Both the position numbers and the translations under genes were made by a program. The notes beneath the pieces are model-generated. The model was given only the letters and a program-made list of their open reading frames with translations, was not told the origin of the DNA and did no database searches. A DNA stretch of 64,000 bases from Occultella glacieicola (GTDB lineage: Bacteria; Actinomycetota; Actinomycetes; Actinomycetales; Beutenbergiaceae). Positions within the stretch are counted from its first letter, which is position 1. Each line of letters starts with the position of its first letter. Where the stretch lies: the NCBI RefSeq assembly GCF_004353825.1, contig NZ_SMNA01000014.1, forward strand, positions 1 through 64,000. The letters run 5' to 3'. This document shows, one piece after another, positions 62,384 through 64,000 of the stretch.

Positions 62384-63694
62384 TCACGGGGCATCGGCCG
62401 GGTCCACCACCTGCCCCATGAACACCGGCAGCCCGGTCGGCAGGTGCACGATCCGGTAGGCGAACGGCCGGTCCGCGCGGAACACCGGCGCCCCCTCGAC
62501 CACCTCCGCGGACTCGGTGGCGGCGATCCCGGTGACCGCCCCGGCCACCGTGCCCGCGGCGTCCACCGTGATCGTGGCCTGGTGGGCGGCGGCCGAGATC
62601 CACAGACCCGGTGCGATCCCGCTCAGGTCGGGTGCCGCGCCGAGGGTCTCGGTCAGGCCGGCCTCCCGCAGGCTCGGGCTCAGGTCGAGGCTGCTGGTGT
62701 GCGACCACGTGGGCAGCGTGAGCTCCACGCTCACGGGCGCCGCGGCATCCAGCCCGGCCGCGGCCTCGGGCCAGCCGGCCGGGTCCCAGCGCAGCCCGGG
62801 TGCCGGCAGCACCACGTCCATGGCGAAGGCCGCCGTGTACGGGATCCGCACCGCAGCGGTGCCGTTCTGCGTGGTCAGGTACGCCAGCTCGCGGGTGTCC
62901 TCGAGGAACGCTGCCGTGGTCGTGGTGCCGTCGGGCCGGTGGAACTGCCCCAGTGCGGTCGCGTCGCTGAACGGCTCCTGCCAGGCCGCCGCGAGCCGGA
63001 CCGCGTTCAGCAGCGCCAGCCGGGTGGTCCGGTCGAAGGGCATCGGCGCCTCGTCGACCTCTCCCCCGGTGTGCTCGGCGACCCAGTCGTCGACGACCGC
63101 GCGCCCCGAGGCGGGTCCCCTGGCGGCGAAGTCCACCCGGAGCACGTCCGCGCCGTAGTGCGTCGCGAGGGCGTCCAGGAACGGCTGCTGCACCTCGAAG
63201 CCCTCCTGGACGAAGAGCTGGTCCGCGACGTGCAGCACCGGCTCGGGTGGCACCTGCCCGACCGTGACCTCGCCAGGGTCGCCCTCGTGGAGCTGGAGCT
63301 GGCCGAGCAGGGCATTCATGGCCTCCCCGCGGTACTCGGCCGGGAAACCCAGCGCCCGGTCCAGCTCGGCGGCGGTGGTGGTGGCGGCGCCCTCCCGGAG
63401 CATGGCGAACGCCACCATCACCGAGATCGGTGACACCACCAGGTTCTGGTCCGGGTCCGCGTTCAGGAGCCGGGCACCCAGGCCCGAGGTCGCGGCGACC
63501 ACAGTGGCGGCGGCGGCCGGCACGTCGGTGACGGCGACCGCGGCCCGCGGCGACCGCGACTCCAGGACCTCCGATCCGGTGGTCTCCCCGGTGGGGCTGG
63601 TGCACCCGGCCAGCAGCAGGAGGGCGGCCCCCAGCCCTGCCACCGCGGCCCGCACCGACCGTGTTGCGCCCGTCGACGCCGACCCGTGTCCCAT
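62384..63694 (-). CDS. Serpin family lipoprotein
   Basis: Lipobox LLAGC, NLVVSPIS, LNAVRLAAAW..PF, hinge DAAGTVAGAVT, FRADRPF, PVFMGQVVDP. Confidence 0.9.
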   Translation of the reverse strand: MGHGSASTGATRSVRAAVAGLGAALLLLAGCTSPTGETTGSEVLESRSPRAAVAVTDVPAAAATVVAATSGLGARLLNADPDQNLVVSPISVMVAFAMLREGAATTTAAELDRALGFPAEYRGEAMNALLGQLQLHEGDPGEVTVGQVPPEPVLHVADQLFVQEGFEVQQPFLDALATHYGADVLRVDFAARGPASGRAVVDDWVAEHTGGEVDEAPMPFDRTTRLALLNAVRLAAAWQEPFSDATALGQFHRPDGTTTTAAFLEDTRELAYLTTQNGTAAVRIPYTAAFAMDVVLPAPGLRWDPAGWPEAAAGLDAAAPVSVELTLPTWSHTSSLDLSPSLREAGLTETLGAAPDLSGIAPGLWISAAAHQATITVDAAGTVAGAVTGIAATESAEVVEGAPVFRADRPFAYRIVHLPTGLPVFMGQVVDPADAP

Positions 63695-63747
63695 GCCGAC
63701 GCAGCCTACCGGGGGTGACCATTGCCCCGATGGTGAAGGATGGGCCC

Positions 63748-64000
63748 ATGAGCGAGACCGACACCCGCACCGTGGCGCCGTTCGGCGCGTGGCCCTCCCC
63801 CCTCGGCGTCGCCGAGCTCACCGCGGGCACGGTCCGGCTCGGTGAGATCGCCCTCGACGGCGATGCGACCTATTGGCTCGAGGGCCGGCCGGCCGAGGGT
63901 GGCCGTCAGGCGCTGGTCCGGCGGGAGGCCGACGGCACCCTCACCGATGTCGTCGACGCAAGCTTCGACGTGCGCACCCGGGCCCACGAGTACGGCGGGG
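63748..64000 (+). CDS. S9 family (prolyl oligopeptidase/acylpeptide hydrolase-like) peptidase, N-terminal part
   Basis: Manual translation MSETDTRTVAPFGAWPSPL...YWLEGRPAEGGR...FDVRTRAHEYGG, a typical S9 N-terminus; runs off the window. Confidence 0.85.
   Translation, partial: MSETDTRTVAPFGAWPSPLGVAELTAGTVRLGEIALDGDATYWLEGRPAEGGRQALVRREADGTLTDVVDASFDVRTRAHEYGG

Overview
Very GC-rich actinobacterial chromosomal DNA (probably Micrococcales, inferred from gene content and TAnnnT promoters), about 50 genes. No rRNA, tRNA, CRISPR array, integrase or transposase was recognised. Most of the window is ordinary metabolism: narK-narGHJI, glgX-treY-treZ, an iron-siderophore ABC transporter with a DtxR/IdeR box, thiolase plus FadB-type enzyme, prs, a LacI/sugar ABC/glucosidase locus, an acyl-CoA ligase and guaB1. 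Two regions stand out. (1) Positions 1-2955 (minus strand, running off the left edge) start a contractile-tail operon: sheath, a short tube-like gene and a chaperone-like gene. No capsid or replication genes lie upstream, so this looks like a contractile injection system (CIS) or tailocin, and its leader has mutually exclusive pairings over the ribosome-binding site. (2) Positions 14735-22881 are seven translationally coupled genes: pnuC and a NadR-like gene, then a MoxR AAA+ ATPase, an unknown protein, a HExxH-metallopeptidase/VWA fusion, a second unknown protein and a PaaK/CapK-like adenylate-forming ligase. I know of no characterised system with this composition. Also notable are a frameshifted DUF222/HNH gene with a 45-bp repeat array and a DNA-damage-type promoter, a lipoprotein serpin, an orphan YqaJ nuclease and many apparent leaderless promoters. 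All calls come from motif recognition by eye; no searches were run.
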